Shown here in pieces: positions 8,522 to 22,181 of a DNA stretch of 43,755 nucleotides. The DNA is from Bacillota bacterium (GTDB lineage Bacteria; Bacillota; Dethiobacteria; DTU022; UBA8154). Where the stretch lies: the NCBI GenBank assembly GCA_029778075.1, contig JAKORA010000334.1, forward strand, positions 1 through 43,755, read 5' to 3'. Numbering within the stretch: position 1 is the first letter of the stretch; every line of letters starts with the position of its first letter. The position numbers and the translations under genes are program-made. The notes beneath the pieces were generated by a model. That model searched no databases. It was not told where the DNA came from and was given only the letters and a program-made list of their open reading frames with translations.

Positions 8522-9637
8522 TTGCTACAAAAAATTTACTTAATGGGCCGATCAGGTTCCGGAAAAACTGCCGTCGCCCTGGGCCTCTCCCTGCTCTGGA
8601 AAGAAAAAGGGTTAAATGTTGCCTATTTCAAGCCAAAAACTACGGGACACAACCTGCAGCGCAATCAGGATCCCGACGCCATTCTCTTTAAACAGGTCTT
8701 GAACCTTCCCTGGGAACCGGAACAAATAGCCCCGTTAAATTTTGAATCCATCTATATTTTTGGAGCTTCAAACCACAATCGCCTGACAGTAGAAAAAATG
8801 GAAGCGAAATTAGAAGAAAATTTCAGGGATATAGGCGATAATAACGGGATCATGGTTATAGAAGGGGGGAGTTCCCCCTGTGCCGGAATGTCCCTTTCCC
8901 TTGATGACTTCAGCCTGGCTAAAAGATGGGAAGCCCCTGTAATTTTAATTTCCAATCTGAACAAAGACTATGACTTGGATCGCATCCTTTTTTACAACAA
9001 CTTTATCCAAGCCAGGGGTCTTTATATTCTGGGGAACATTTTAAACAATCTTTCACCGGCGGCCCTCGATAAGGCCAGGAACATTTACCGTCCCTTACTG
9101 GAAGAAAAAGGCTATAAAGTGTTGGGTATAATCCCGGCACATCCTGCCATAACCTTTCCTACCGTAGCCGAGTTTCACGAAACGCTGCAAGGGGAGATCC
9201 TGTGCGGAGAAGAAAACATGGGGCTACCGGTAGAGGAGATTGTGGTGGGAACCATGACCATTGAAAGTGCCCTGAGGTATCTGCGCAGAGCTTTAAACAA
9301 GGCCGTTATTACCGGAGGGGATCGAAGCGACATGGCTTTGACAGCCCTGGAAACAAGCACTTCCGTCCTCATCCTTACAGGAGGTCTGCATCCCGATATC
9401 CGCGTAATTGCACGTGCCCGGGAGAAAGGTATCCCTGTGATCCTCGTTCATTTCGATACTTATACCACCATTGGGGCACTGCAAGGCATTGCCAGGCAGA
9501 TTCGCCCCCAGGACAGCAGAACCATATCGCTAATCAAAGAAGAAGTGGCGCGTAATTGTTCTTGGGAAAAAATCGAGGAGGGAATAGAATCCTACAGTGT
9601 CTTTTCTTCTACTGAAAGAGGTGCTGAAGGACAGTAG
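8522..9637 (+). CDS. Phosphotransacetylase-N-terminal-like protein (BioD-like P-loop plus DRTGG), lacking the PTA catalytic domain
   Basis: Motifs GRSGSGKT, AYFKP, VIEGG, VITGGDRSD and LILTGG. TTG start at 8522 after AGGAGG. Confidence 0.85.
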   Translation: MLQKIYLMGRSGSGKTAVALGLSLLWKEKGLNVAYFKPKTTGHNLQRNQDPDAILFKQVLNLPWEPEQIAPLNFESIYIFGASNHNRLTVEKMEAKLEENFRDIGDNNGIMVIEGGSSPCAGMSLSLDDFSLAKRWEAPVILISNLNKDYDLDRILFYNNFIQARGLYILGNILNNLSPAALDKARNIYRPLLEEKGYKVLGIIPAHPAITFPTVAEFHETLQGEILCGEENMGLPVEEIVVGTMTIESALRYLRRALNKAVITGGDRSDMALTALETSTSVLILTGGLHPDIRVIARAREKGIPVILVHFDTYTTIGALQGIARQIRPQDSRTISLIKEEVARNCSWEKIEEGIESYSVFSSTERGAEGQ

Positions 9638-10257
9638 AGGCTCAGGGAGCAGGAACTGCACAAGGGTTTTCTGGCCCGGCAAACCCGGCGACCATGCGCA
9701 ATCAGCCGGTGATGGGTTTCGCTCCAGAGTTCCGGGGGTAATAAACGACAGATGTCTTCTTCCACGGCTAAAGGGGTTTTTCTTTTGCTCCACCCAAGAC
9801 GCCGGCATAGACGCTGCACATGAGTATCCACGGCAAAGGCAGGAATACCAAAAGCATTGCTTAAAACCACATTCGCCGTTTTACGGCCCACCCCGGGAAG
9901 CGTCATAAGCTCTTCTCTCGTCCGGGGAACCTCGCCGCCGAATTTTTCACACAACAGGCGCGAGGTTTCCATAATTTGCCGGCTCTTTTGCCGGTATAAT
10001 CCGCATCCTTTGATCGCTTTTTCCAGCCAGGCAACTCCCCGGTCCAAAATGTCACAGGGGCCTTTTATTTGCGAAAAAAGCCTTCCCGTAATCTTGTTTA
10101 CCTGCTGATCCGTTGTCTGCGCGGAGAGTATTGCGGCCAGAAGCAGCTCAAAAGGAGTGTTATAGCGTAAGGCCGTTGTTGCCGCCGGGTATTCCTGCTC
10201 CAGGATTTGTAAGATCTTTTTAATGCTAGAAGGTTTTTTGTTAATATTATTTTCCAA
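9592..10257 (-). CDS. nth: Endonuclease III
   Basis: PFELLLAAILSAQTTD, HhH LPGVGRKTANVV, AVDTHV, and Fe-S motif CRARKPLCSSCSLSLYC. Start is uncertain (TTG 10257 after AGGGAG). Confidence 0.92.
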   Translation of the reverse strand: MENNINKKPSSIKKILQILEQEYPAATTALRYNTPFELLLAAILSAQTTDQQVNKITGRLFSQIKGPCDILDRGVAWLEKAIKGCGLYRQKSRQIMETSRLLCEKFGGEVPRTREELMTLPGVGRKTANVVLSNAFGIPAFAVDTHVQRLCRRLGWSKRKTPLAVEEDICRLLPPELWSETHHRLIAHGRRVCRARKPLCSSCSLSLYCPSAPLSVEEKTL

Positions 10258-11414
10258 TCTTTCGAGCTCCCTTAATACCCCTTCCTTTTCCCCATCTCTT
10301 CGGCACAGGTATAATACCACTCTCCATAAGCAACTTGGTTTGCTCTTGAGCTCGTTTAATTTTTTGCAGGGCGGTTTGGTACACTGTTTCCCGATCCAGT
10401 TTCAGGCGGGCAACTCCTTCCGTAATAGCCTGCATAGCGGTGGCAGCGGCGACCCTGGGGTATACCTCCCGGTCATCCATAACCGGTAGTATTTTTTCCG
10501 GATTTAGTCTTTTTTCGGAGGCGCAAGCAGCCAGTTCCTTTGCCGCGGCTATGCACATGGTATCCGTAATAGTGCTGGCCTGAACATCCAGAACACCGCG
10601 AAAAATAGCAGGGAAACCAAGGGAATTGTTAACCTGATTGGGAAAATCGGAACGTCCGGTTGCTACCACGGCAGCACCGGCTTCCTTGGCCTCCCAGGGC
10701 CATATTTCCGGAACGGGATTGGCGCAAGCAAATACTATGGCGTCTTTGGCCATTGCCTCTACCCATTCTTTTTTAATTGTATCCGGCCCCGGCCTGGAAA
10801 GGGCGATTACTACATCAGCATCCTTCATGGCTTCCGGGATACCCCTGTACACCCGCCTGTGTTGCTAATCTCGATCATGTCGAGCTTCTCCCGGTGAGCT
10901 TCTGTAATATCGTTCCTGCCTTTATGCAGTATCCCCTTGCTGTCACACATAACAATATTTTTGCCGGGAACACCGGCAGCCAGTAAAAGGCGGGCGGTGG
11001 CAACATTTGCCGCACCCACGCCAATCATCGCTATTTTAACCTTCTCCAACTCTTTATCCACTATCTGCAAAGCGTTGAACAGCCCGGCTAAAGTAACACA
11101 GGCTGTCCTGCTGATCATCATGCCACACAGGGATATGGCACTCCCGGCGCAGCCGCTCCAGGATGTAAAAACATTTGGGGCTGGCAATATCCTCCAAATT
11201 GATACCGCCGAAACTCGGCTGCAACATTTTCCTTACGGGCTTGAATAGCCCGGCAGGGAGCCGCCACCCCCGGAGTATACCATACGGCGAAATCATGGTA
11301 ATCATGGACGGCAGCCTTCAGGGTTACCTCCACCTTACCCTGGTAAAAAGGATGTAATTTCATGGCCTCTTCAGCAGGTTTCTCTGCATTGGCCAACAAC
11401 TCCTCCTTATTCAA
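10247..11414 (-). pseudogene. NAD(P)-dependent malic enzyme, broken into four frames
   Basis: Successive frames give [10 protein letters not shown] | [21 protein letters not shown] | [15 protein letters not shown] | ..FACANPVPEIWP..ATGRSDFPNQVNN. There is an internal deletion near 11225 and frameshifts near 11107 and 10843. Confidence 0.85.
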
Positions 11415-11484
11415 GGGCCTGACCTCCCCTCTGTCTTAAAAATTAATCCCAAGAACCAATACTTAACGATGTTTATCTTTGCTC

Positions 11485-12042
11485 TTACTGCTCCAGATTA
11501 TATTTCTTACGTCCCTCTTCATAGAGATCGCCGCCGTAAGCATCATTAATGACAATAGCCGGGAAATCTTCCACGACAAGACGGTAGATGGCCTCCGTCC
11601 CCAGTTCGGGATAGGCCACGACCTCCGCCTCCTTAATAGCCTTGGACAGCAGGGCTCCGGCACCCCCTGTAGCGGCAAGGTATACCCCTTTGTAATCTTT
11701 TAAAGCCTGGCGGGTGGACTGATTACGGCTCCCCTTGCCCATTAAAGCCTTGACGCCGCAGCGCAGCATAGCGGGAGTATAGGCATCCATCCTGCCGCTG
11801 GTGGTAGGACCGGCAGAACCGATAACCCGCCCGGGGGGAGCCGGAGTTGGCCCAACATAGTAGATGATCTGTCCTTTTAAATCGACAGGCCATGGCTCTC
11901 CTCTCGCCAGCAACTCCGCCAGCTTCTGGTGGGCAGCGTCCCGGGCGGTATAGACCACTCCGGAGACAAGAACTTTATCGCCTGCTCTCAATTTCAAAAC
12001 ATCTTCGTCGGACAAAGGGGGGTTGATCCTTTTTATCTCCAT
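11485..12042 (-). CDS. Class I fumarate hydratase / tartrate dehydratase beta subunit
   Basis: Motifs VYTARDAAH, IYYVGPTP, SAGPTTSGRMD, MGKG and ATGGAGALL. Confidence 0.92.
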   Translation of the reverse strand: MEIKRINPPLSDEDVLKLRAGDKVLVSGVVYTARDAAHQKLAELLARGEPWPVDLKGQIIYYVGPTPAPPGRVIGSAGPTTSGRMDAYTPAMLRCGVKALMGKGSRNQSTRQALKDYKGVYLAATGGAGALLSKAIKEAEVVAYPELGTEAIYRLVVEDFPAIVINDAYGGDLYEEGRKKYNLEQ

Positions 12043-12068
12043 CCAACCGGAGGCCTCCTTGAAAATAG

Positions 12069-12264
12069 TTAAATAATGCGTTCAACATGGCGGCTGGCAT
12101 GGCAGTTTATATTAAACGGCTACCGGCAAGCTCGCAATATGGCAGGGAAAGGCTTCGATGTGCACTGCCAGGGCTGTAAAGCGCCCGCCAAATCCCTGGG
12201 GCCCGATCCCCGTCCTGTTTATTTTTTCCAGAAGCTCCATTTCCAGGCCGGCATAGAGCGGATA
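12069..12264 (-). pseudogene. C-terminal remnant of fumarate hydratase alpha subunit (5'-truncated, frameshifted)
   Basis: Manual translation gives YPLYAGLEMELLEKINRTGIGPQGFGGRFTALAVHIEAFPCHIASLPVAV, then after a one-base shift NINCHASRHVERII*. Confidence 0.85.
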
Positions 12265-12279
12265 ATATAATTATGATAA

Positions 12280-12307
12280 GCAGGAGAGGAGAACAATACT
12301 GTCGAAT
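12280..12307 (+). promoter_or_regulatory. SigmaH-like promoter for comFB
   Basis: GCAGGA, 18-bp spacer, GAAT in the context GTCGAAT. Confidence 0.5.
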
Positions 12308-12366
12308 ACAACCAGTGTTCTGTTAATCCATTCCCCTGAAAATATTTTTTGGAAGGATGATATGCC

Positions 12367-15989
<3,623 letters not shown>

Positions 15990-16063
15990 TTAAAGTCCTC
16001 CCTTATGGCTGTTCCTCTATGAAAAAACGTCTGCGGCTTATTCTGCCGGTTAACAGAAGGGTT

Positions 16064-17617
16064 CTAATGTTTGAAGTAGCGCTTCCCAGTAAACAACATG
16101 GCCATACGATATTTTTCACATGTTTCGATAACCTCTTGATCCCGTGCCGATCCCCCCGGCTGAATGACAGCTGTTACTCCTTCAGCAGCCGCTATTTCCA
16201 CGCCGTCTTTAAAGGGGAAGAAAGCATCAGAGGCCATAACGCTTCCCTTGATATTCTCGCCGGCCTGGTTTGCGGCGATCCTAACCGCTCCCACCCGGCT
16301 CATTTGGCCGGCGCCTATCCCCAGGGTCTGCTGCCTCTTGGCTATAACAATGGCGTTTGACTTTACATGTTTGACAACCTTCAGGGCGAATAACAGATCT
16401 TTAATCTCCTGTTCCGTCGGCTTTCTCGCGGTTACGCATCGCCATTGGGTGGGATCGTATGTTTCCTGGAGATCATCCTGCAAAAGCAGCCCTCCGCCGA
16501 CCTTTTTGAAATCAAGCCCTTTCTTGCGGTTCTCCTGGGGAACAAAGGCGATCTCCAGCAAGCGAATATTTTTCTTGGAGGAAAATATCTCCAGGGCTTC
16601 TCTGGAGAAAGAAGGCGCGGCGATAACCTCTAAAAAGATCTTGGACATCAACAGGGCTGTTTCCCTATCAACCTCCCTGTTTAAGGCCACTATTCCACCG
16701 AAAATAGAAACCGGGTCGGCATCATGGGCTTTGCGGTAAGCCTCCACCAGGCTATCGGCAGAGCCGACGCCACAAGGGTTGGTATGTTTTACCGCTACAG
16801 CAGTCGGTTCTGTAAATTCCCTGACCAGCTCCCAGGCTGCGTTAAGGTCATTGATATTGTTAAAAGAAAGCTCTTTTCCCTGGAGCTGTCTGGCTGCTGC
16901 CACTGAGCCGTTTTCCGGGAGGGGTTCGTGGTAGAAAGAGGCTTTCTGGTGCGGGTTTTCTCCGTAGCGTAACTCCTGGGCCTTGACAAAGGGCAGGGCA
17001 AACCGCTCGGGGAATTTAGCGTCCCCATCTTCCTTCAACCCCCGCAGGTAGTTGCTGATAATACTATCATAGTAGGCGGTATGTGAGAAAGCCTCCACCG
17101 CAAGATTATAGCGTGTTTCCAGGGAGAGGTCCCCTTTATGGCGAAGCTCTTCAATAACCATGCTGTATTTGGCCGGTTCCACCACGACAATGACGTCCCT
17201 GTAATTTTTCGCGGCAGACCTTACCATGGTCGGCCCTCCGATATCAATGTTTTCGATCGCCTCCTCCAGGGTAACGTTATCCCTGGCAATCACTTCCGGG
17301 AAAGGATAGAGGTTGACCGCCACCAGGTCAATTGCTTCAATGCCATGTTTCTGCATCTGCTCAAGATGAAGGGCAGAGTCTCTGCGGCCGAGGATTCCGC
17401 CGTGAACCAGGGGGTGGAGAGTTTTCAGGCGCCCCTCCAAAATTTCGGGGAAACCTGTGAGCTCGCTTATATCCTTGACTTTAACCCCGGCCTCCCGCAG
17501 AGCTTTGGCGGTCCCTCCCGTAGAAATTATCTCCCAGCCCATTGCTTCCAGTTCCTGGGCAAAGATTACCACTCCGGTTTTATCGGAAACACTGATAAGA
17601 GCTTTTCTAGTTTTCAT
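16064..17617 (-). CDS. purH: Bifunctional AICAR transformylase / IMP cyclohydrolase
   Basis: Motifs ALISVSDKTG, KTLHP, IDIGGP, LRYGENPHQ and ASDAFFPF. Confidence 0.96.
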   Translation of the reverse strand: MKTRKALISVSDKTGVVIFAQELEAMGWEIISTGGTAKALREAGVKVKDISELTGFPEILEGRLKTLHPLVHGGILGRRDSALHLEQMQKHGIEAIDLVAVNLYPFPEVIARDNVTLEEAIENIDIGGPTMVRSAAKNYRDVIVVVEPAKYSMVIEELRHKGDLSLETRYNLAVEAFSHTAYYDSIISNYLRGLKEDGDAKFPERFALPFVKAQELRYGENPHQKASFYHEPLPENGSVAAARQLQGKELSFNNINDLNAAWELVREFTEPTAVAVKHTNPCGVGSADSLVEAYRKAHDADPVSIFGGIVALNREVDRETALLMSKIFLEVIAAPSFSREALEIFSSKKNIRLLEIAFVPQENRKKGLDFKKVGGGLLLQDDLQETYDPTQWRCVTARKPTEQEIKDLLFALKVVKHVKSNAIVIAKRQQTLGIGAGQMSRVGAVRIAANQAGENIKGSVMASDAFFPFKDGVEIAAAEGVTAVIQPGGSARDQEVIETCEKYRMAMLFTGKRYFKH

Positions 17618-18212
17618 CTCTGAAACATCTTCTCCCTTCTATTCTTAATTTGCCCTCCATAAAAAGCCGGATAGCTTGGGGGTAAAGACGGTGTTCGGCC
17701 TGGTGGATCCGTTCGTGCAAGGATTCCACTGTATCATCATCATAAACGGGGACAGCCTCCTGGAGAATAATTGGCCCTGTGTCCAACCCCTCATCAACAA
17801 AATGAACCGTACAGCCGCTCACTTTTACCCCGTAGTCCAGGGCCTGTTTGACACCTTCCAGCCCGGGAAAAGCAGGCAGAAGTGAAGGATGTATATTCAT
17901 TATTTTGCCCCTGTACTTGTCAATAATAACAGGAGATACCAGGCGCATATAGCCGGCTAGAATAACCAGATCAATTCCTCTTTCTTCTAACAGGGCGGCG
18001 ATAGCTTCATCGAAGGCTTTTCTTCCCGGGTAATCCCGCGGATTTATATAGATGGCCTCAATATTATGGTGCCTGGCCCTTTCAAGGGCATAGGCATCCT
18101 TGACATCGCTGATTACGGTCTTTATACGTCCTTTTATTTCCCCCCTTTCCACGGCATCGATAATGGCTTGCAAATTACTTCCATAACCTGAAGCCAGCAC
18201 AGCCATATCCAT
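17607..18212 (-). CDS. purN: Phosphoribosylglycinamide formyltransferase
   Basis: Motifs ASGYGSNLQA, LAGYMR, NIHPSLLP and GCTVHFVDEGLDTGPII. Confidence 0.95.
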   Translation of the reverse strand: MDMAVLASGYGSNLQAIIDAVERGEIKGRIKTVISDVKDAYALERARHHNIEAIYINPRDYPGRKAFDEAIAALLEERGIDLVILAGYMRLVSPVIIDKYRGKIMNIHPSLLPAFPGLEGVKQALDYGVKVSGCTVHFVDEGLDTGPIILQEAVPVYDDDTVESLHERIHQAEHRLYPQAIRLFMEGKLRIEGRRCFRDEN

Positions 18213-18247
18213 TTTTTTACCCTCCCTAAATAATTGCGTCACCCTTC

Positions 18248-19288
18248 TTAAAGGATCTCCACTCCCTGTTCGTCGCCTTTCTTTTCGGCGATTAGGCCAA
18301 TTTCCCAGGCTTTTTCTCCTGTGCTGCGGATCTGCTCCAGCACCAGGGCAGATATCTCCGGTGCAGTGACCAGAACCATACCGATACCCATATTGAAGGT
18401 GCGGAACATTTCCCTCTCCTCCACGTGGCCGTACTTCTGTATAAAAGGAAAGACTGGCGGGACCTCCCAGCTCTTCTTTCTGAGGAGAGCTTTTAATCCT
18501 GCCGGTAAAATTCTCGGCAGGTTAAGCTCCAGACCGCCGCCGGTGATATGCGCTATCCCCTTAAGCTCATACCGGCGCAGCAAAGGAAGAATCAGGGGAA
18601 CATAAATAATTGTCGGTTTAAGCAACTCTTCTCCTAGGGTACACCCCAGTTCCGGCAAAAATTGATCCAGGCTTAAGCCGGCATGCTCCAGCAACACTTT
18701 TCTTACCAGGGAAAACCCGTTACTGTGAAGCCCGCTGGAGGCGACACCGATAAGAATATCGCCCGGAGCGATATGCTCGCCTGTAATGATGTTTTCTTTC
18801 TCGGCAATACCTACGGCAAAACCGGCCAGATCGTATTCTCCGGGAGGGTAAAAACCCGGCATTTCTGCCGTCTCGCCACCCAGAAGGGCGCAGCCGGCTT
18901 GCCGGCAACCCTCCACTACCCCCCCGATTATCTCGGTTGCCTTATCCACATCAAGTTTTCCCACCGCAAGATAATCGAGGAAAAAAAGTGGTTCGGCGCC
19001 CTGGACAATCAAATCGTTTACGCACATAGCCACGGCATCTATACCTACAGTATCATGTTTATCCAGCATGAAGGCAATTTTCAACTTTGTTCCCACCCCG
19101 TCGGTGGCAGCAGCAAAAACAGGATCTTTAAAAGCGTGCAGGTTAGGGCGGAAAAAGCCGGCAAACCCGCCGATATCCGTTAAAACCTCTGGACGGAAAG
19201 TGGTGCGGACCATCGCTTTGATGCTTTGCACCACCTCCTCTCCCGCATCAATGTTAACTCCTGCTTTTTTATAATCGAAACTTTCCAC
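18248..19288 (-). CDS. purM: AIR synthetase
   Basis: Motifs [35 protein letters not shown] and TFNMGIG. Confidence 0.96.
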   Translation of the reverse strand: MESFDYKKAGVNIDAGEEVVQSIKAMVRTTFRPEVLTDIGGFAGFFRPNLHAFKDPVFAAATDGVGTKLKIAFMLDKHDTVGIDAVAMCVNDLIVQGAEPLFFLDYLAVGKLDVDKATEIIGGVVEGCRQAGCALLGGETAEMPGFYPPGEYDLAGFAVGIAEKENIITGEHIAPGDILIGVASSGLHSNGFSLVRKVLLEHAGLSLDQFLPELGCTLGEELLKPTIIYVPLILPLLRRYELKGIAHITGGGLELNLPRILPAGLKALLRKKSWEVPPVFPFIQKYGHVEEREMFRTFNMGIGMVLVTAPEISALVLEQIRSTGEKAWEIGLIAEKKGDEQGVEIL

Positions 19289-19307
19289 AGTGTCACCCTC
19301 TTACCTC

Positions 19308-20672
19308 TTAAATAGGATATTCGCCGGTAAAACAGGCCAGGCAGAAGTCCTCCGCCGGCATCCCTACCGCCTCCAACACTCTCTGGAGACTCAGGTACCC
19401 CAGGGAAGTAGCCCCGATTTCCTGCCGAATTTCTTCGATTTTGCGCTTCGCGGCAATCAGTTCTTCGGAATTCTGCATATCAATACCGTAAAAACAGGGT
19501 GAAATTATCGGTGAGGAACTGATTCGCAGGTGGACTTCTTTGGCTCCCGCTTTAAAGAACATGTCTACCAGCTTCTTGCTCGTCGTGCCTCTAACGATAG
19601 AGTCGTCCACGACGACAATCCGCTTTCCTTCTACCACTTTTTTTATGGGATTTAACTTCAACTGCACCCCGATATTACGGATCTCCTGCCGCGGTTGAAT
19701 AAAGGTGCGTCCAATATAACGGTTTTTAATCAAGCCGACTTCATAGGGTAACCCTATCTCTTCGGCATAACCGGAGGCGGCTGCAATGCTGGAGTCCGGA
19801 ACTCCCGTAACGATATCTGCCGCTGCGGGATGCTCGCGGGCCAGCAGGCGCCCGAGCTTCTTGCGCACCAGATGAACATTTTTTCCGTTAATATTGCTAT
19901 CGGGCCTGGCAAAATAGATAAATTCAAAAATACAGAGAGCCGAGCGCGGGGAGGGCAGGATCTGGGTACTGGTCATCCCCTCTTTCGTTATAACTACCAT
20001 TTCCCCCGGGTTAATATCCCGGATCATTTCCGCGCCAATCGTGTCGAAGGCACAGCTCTCCGAAGCCAGGACATAGTAATCGTTCCACCGTCCCAGGGAA
20101 AGGGGCCTCATTCCGTAAGGATCGCGCAGACCCACAAGTTTATCTTCCGTCAAGAAAAGAAAAGAATAGGCTCCACGAAGATAAGGTAGGACAGCTTTAA
20201 GGGAAGTTACCAGATCATCGTTACCGTAGCGGGCAATCAGGTGGGTTATAAGCTCGCTGTCGGTCGTGGTCTGAAAGATAGAACCTTCTTTTTCCAACCT
20301 GTCCCTCAGTTCACCGGCATTCACCAGGTTCCCGTTATGGGCGACAGAAAGGCATCCGTGGCGGTAACGGATTAAAAGCGGCTGAGCGTTCTCCGGGCGT
20401 GTTCCGCCGGTAGTGGAATAACGCACATGCCCGATAGCGGCCTGCGCAGGAATATTCTCCAGATTACGGAAATGAGGAAAGACTTCAGAAACCAGCCCCG
20501 GGCTTTTCTTTACATGAACCTTTTCCCCGTCGCTCAGAGCAATTCCGGCGCTCTCCTGTCCACGATGCTGCAGGGCATAAAGGGCATAGTTAGTCAGGCG
20601 TAGCAAATCCTCTCCCGGTGCAAAGATGCCAAATAATCCACAAGCCTCTTCCATTTTGTCTTGGGTTAACAT
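19308..20672 (-). CDS. purF: Amidophosphoribosyltransferase
   Basis: Propeptide followed by EEACG, LQHRGQESAG, IGHVRYST, VDDSIVRGTT and C-terminal CLACFTGEYP. Confidence 0.95.
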   Translation of the reverse strand: MLTQDKMEEACGLFGIFAPGEDLLRLTNYALYALQHRGQESAGIALSDGEKVHVKKSPGLVSEVFPHFRNLENIPAQAAIGHVRYSTTGGTRPENAQPLLIRYRHGCLSVAHNGNLVNAGELRDRLEKEGSIFQTTTDSELITHLIARYGNDDLVTSLKAVLPYLRGAYSFLFLTEDKLVGLRDPYGMRPLSLGRWNDYYVLASESCAFDTIGAEMIRDINPGEMVVITKEGMTSTQILPSPRSALCIFEFIYFARPDSNINGKNVHLVRKKLGRLLAREHPAAADIVTGVPDSSIAAASGYAEEIGLPYEVGLIKNRYIGRTFIQPRQEIRNIGVQLKLNPIKKVVEGKRIVVVDDSIVRGTTSKKLVDMFFKAGAKEVHLRISSSPIISPCFYGIDMQNSEELIAAKRKIEEIRQEIGATSLGYLSLQRVLEAVGMPAEDFCLACFTGEYPI

Positions 20673-20844
20673 GGAGCACATCCCTTCCAGGTGTCAATTA
20701 TTTTGAATTAACGATTCCCAGAGTTTAACCGGCTCCTTGCAGCATGCCAGTAGTTCGGATAAAAGCTGTTTCCTTGATCATCTCTATTTCCCGGGGAAAG
20801 ATCAGTTCCAGGCACACATAGATTATGAAGCTCTTTTTTTCCAT
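20666..20844 (-). pseudogene. Probable relic of deleted purC/(S)/Q/L genes between purB and purF
   Basis: RBS followed by MEKK..CLELIFPREIEMIKETAF (PurC-like). Other frames give ..VKLWESLIQNN* (PurQ-like end) and DTWKGCAPC* overlapping the purF ATG (PurL-like end). Similarities judged from memory. Confidence 0.5.
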
Positions 20845-20857
20845 AGCATCGCCTCTT

Positions 20858-22165
20858 TTAGCTTTTTTCCTGAAATAAGCCGAGCCTTTCATATATATAG
20901 GGGACAAAACGCAGATGTTTCTGGGGGTCAAAGCAGGATTCGATCTCTTCGGCAGTAAGCAGTGAAGCGATCTCGCGGTCATTTTCCAGTAACTGCCGGA
21001 AAGGCACTTGTTCCTCCCAGGAACGCATGGCATACTTCTGCACAAGATCATAAGCTCTTTCCCGGGAGACTCCTTTTCCTACCAAAGTCAAAAGAACAGC
21101 CTGGGAGTAAATCAACCCGCCTGTTTTCTCCAGATTGGCCAGCATATTCCCGGGATAAACATGCAGATTTTTAATAATACGATTCATTTGGTGGAGCATA
21201 TAATCGACCAGAATAGTGGAATCCGGCAAAATGATCCTCTCGGCAGAGGAATGAGAAATATCGCGCTCGTGCCAGAGAGGAATGTTTTCCAGTGAAATCT
21301 GGGCATTGGCACGGACCACGCGGGCAAGGCCGCTGATCTGCTCACAGGAAACCGGATTGCGCTTGTGGGGCATGGCAGAGGAACCTTTCTGCCCCTGGTA
21401 AAAAGGCTCCTCCAGTTCGCGAATTTCAGTTTTTTGCAGACCTCTTATTTCCACGGCGAACTTATCCAGTGAAGTAGCGATAAGCGCCAAAACCATAAGA
21501 AGCTCGGCATGCAGATCCCGCTGCAGGATCTGGGTGGAGATCGGAGCAGGTTTCAACCCCAGGCGCCGGCATACGGACTCTTCCACATCGGGGTCCAGAT
21601 GCGCAAAAGTCCCCACTGCACCGGAAATTTTTCCATAGGAGACAGTTTCCTCGGCTCTCCGGAGCCTTTCCCGGTGCCTGTTCAGCTCATCCCACCACAG
21701 GGCAAATTTTAAGCCAAGCGTTATCGGTTCGGCGTGAACTCCGTGCGTACGCCCGATCATAATCGTGTTCTGATGCTTCAGCGCCTGCTCTTTTAAAGTT
21801 GCTGATAAAGTCGCCAGCCCTTCAGCAATCAGGCCGACTGCTTCCTTCAGCAACAGTGAAAGGGCTGTATCCACGATATCATAGGAGGTGAGCCCGTAAT
21901 GAAAATAGCGCGACTCCTCTCCCAGGCTTTCCGCTACACACCGTGTAAAAGCTACCACATCATGACGGGTAGTTTCTTCAATTTCTAAAATCCTCTCTAC
22001 AGAAAAATTCGCCCTTTGCTCTATGGCTTCGGCGGCTTCCAAAGGGATAATCCCTTTTTCTGCCAGGGCGTAACAGACAGCAATTTCTATCTCCAGAAAT
22101 TTTCTATACCTGTTTTCCAGGGTCCAGATGCGTCCCATCTCCGGCCGGGTATATCTATCAATCAC
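20858..22165 (-). CDS. purB: Adenylosuccinate lyase
   Basis: Motifs MIDRYTRPEM, HYGLTSYD, GRTHGVHAEP and SSAMPHKRNP. Confidence 0.96.
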   Translation of the reverse strand: MIDRYTRPEMGRIWTLENRYRKFLEIEIAVCYALAEKGIIPLEAAEAIEQRANFSVERILEIEETTRHDVVAFTRCVAESLGEESRYFHYGLTSYDIVDTALSLLLKEAVGLIAEGLATLSATLKEQALKHQNTIMIGRTHGVHAEPITLGLKFALWWDELNRHRERLRRAEETVSYGKISGAVGTFAHLDPDVEESVCRRLGLKPAPISTQILQRDLHAELLMVLALIATSLDKFAVEIRGLQKTEIRELEEPFYQGQKGSSAMPHKRNPVSCEQISGLARVVRANAQISLENIPLWHERDISHSSAERIILPDSTILVDYMLHQMNRIIKNLHVYPGNMLANLEKTGGLIYSQAVLLTLVGKGVSRERAYDLVQKYAMRSWEEQVPFRQLLENDREIASLLTAEEIESCFDPQKHLRFVPYIYERLGLFQEKS

Positions 22166-22181
22166 TTTTACAACACCTCTT

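Noticed and set aside
10825-11305. Programmed frameshifting in the malic enzyme gene
   Set aside because: Three separate lesions, including loss of a conserved catalytic-region segment, fit decay. No slippery heptamer with a downstream structure was seen.
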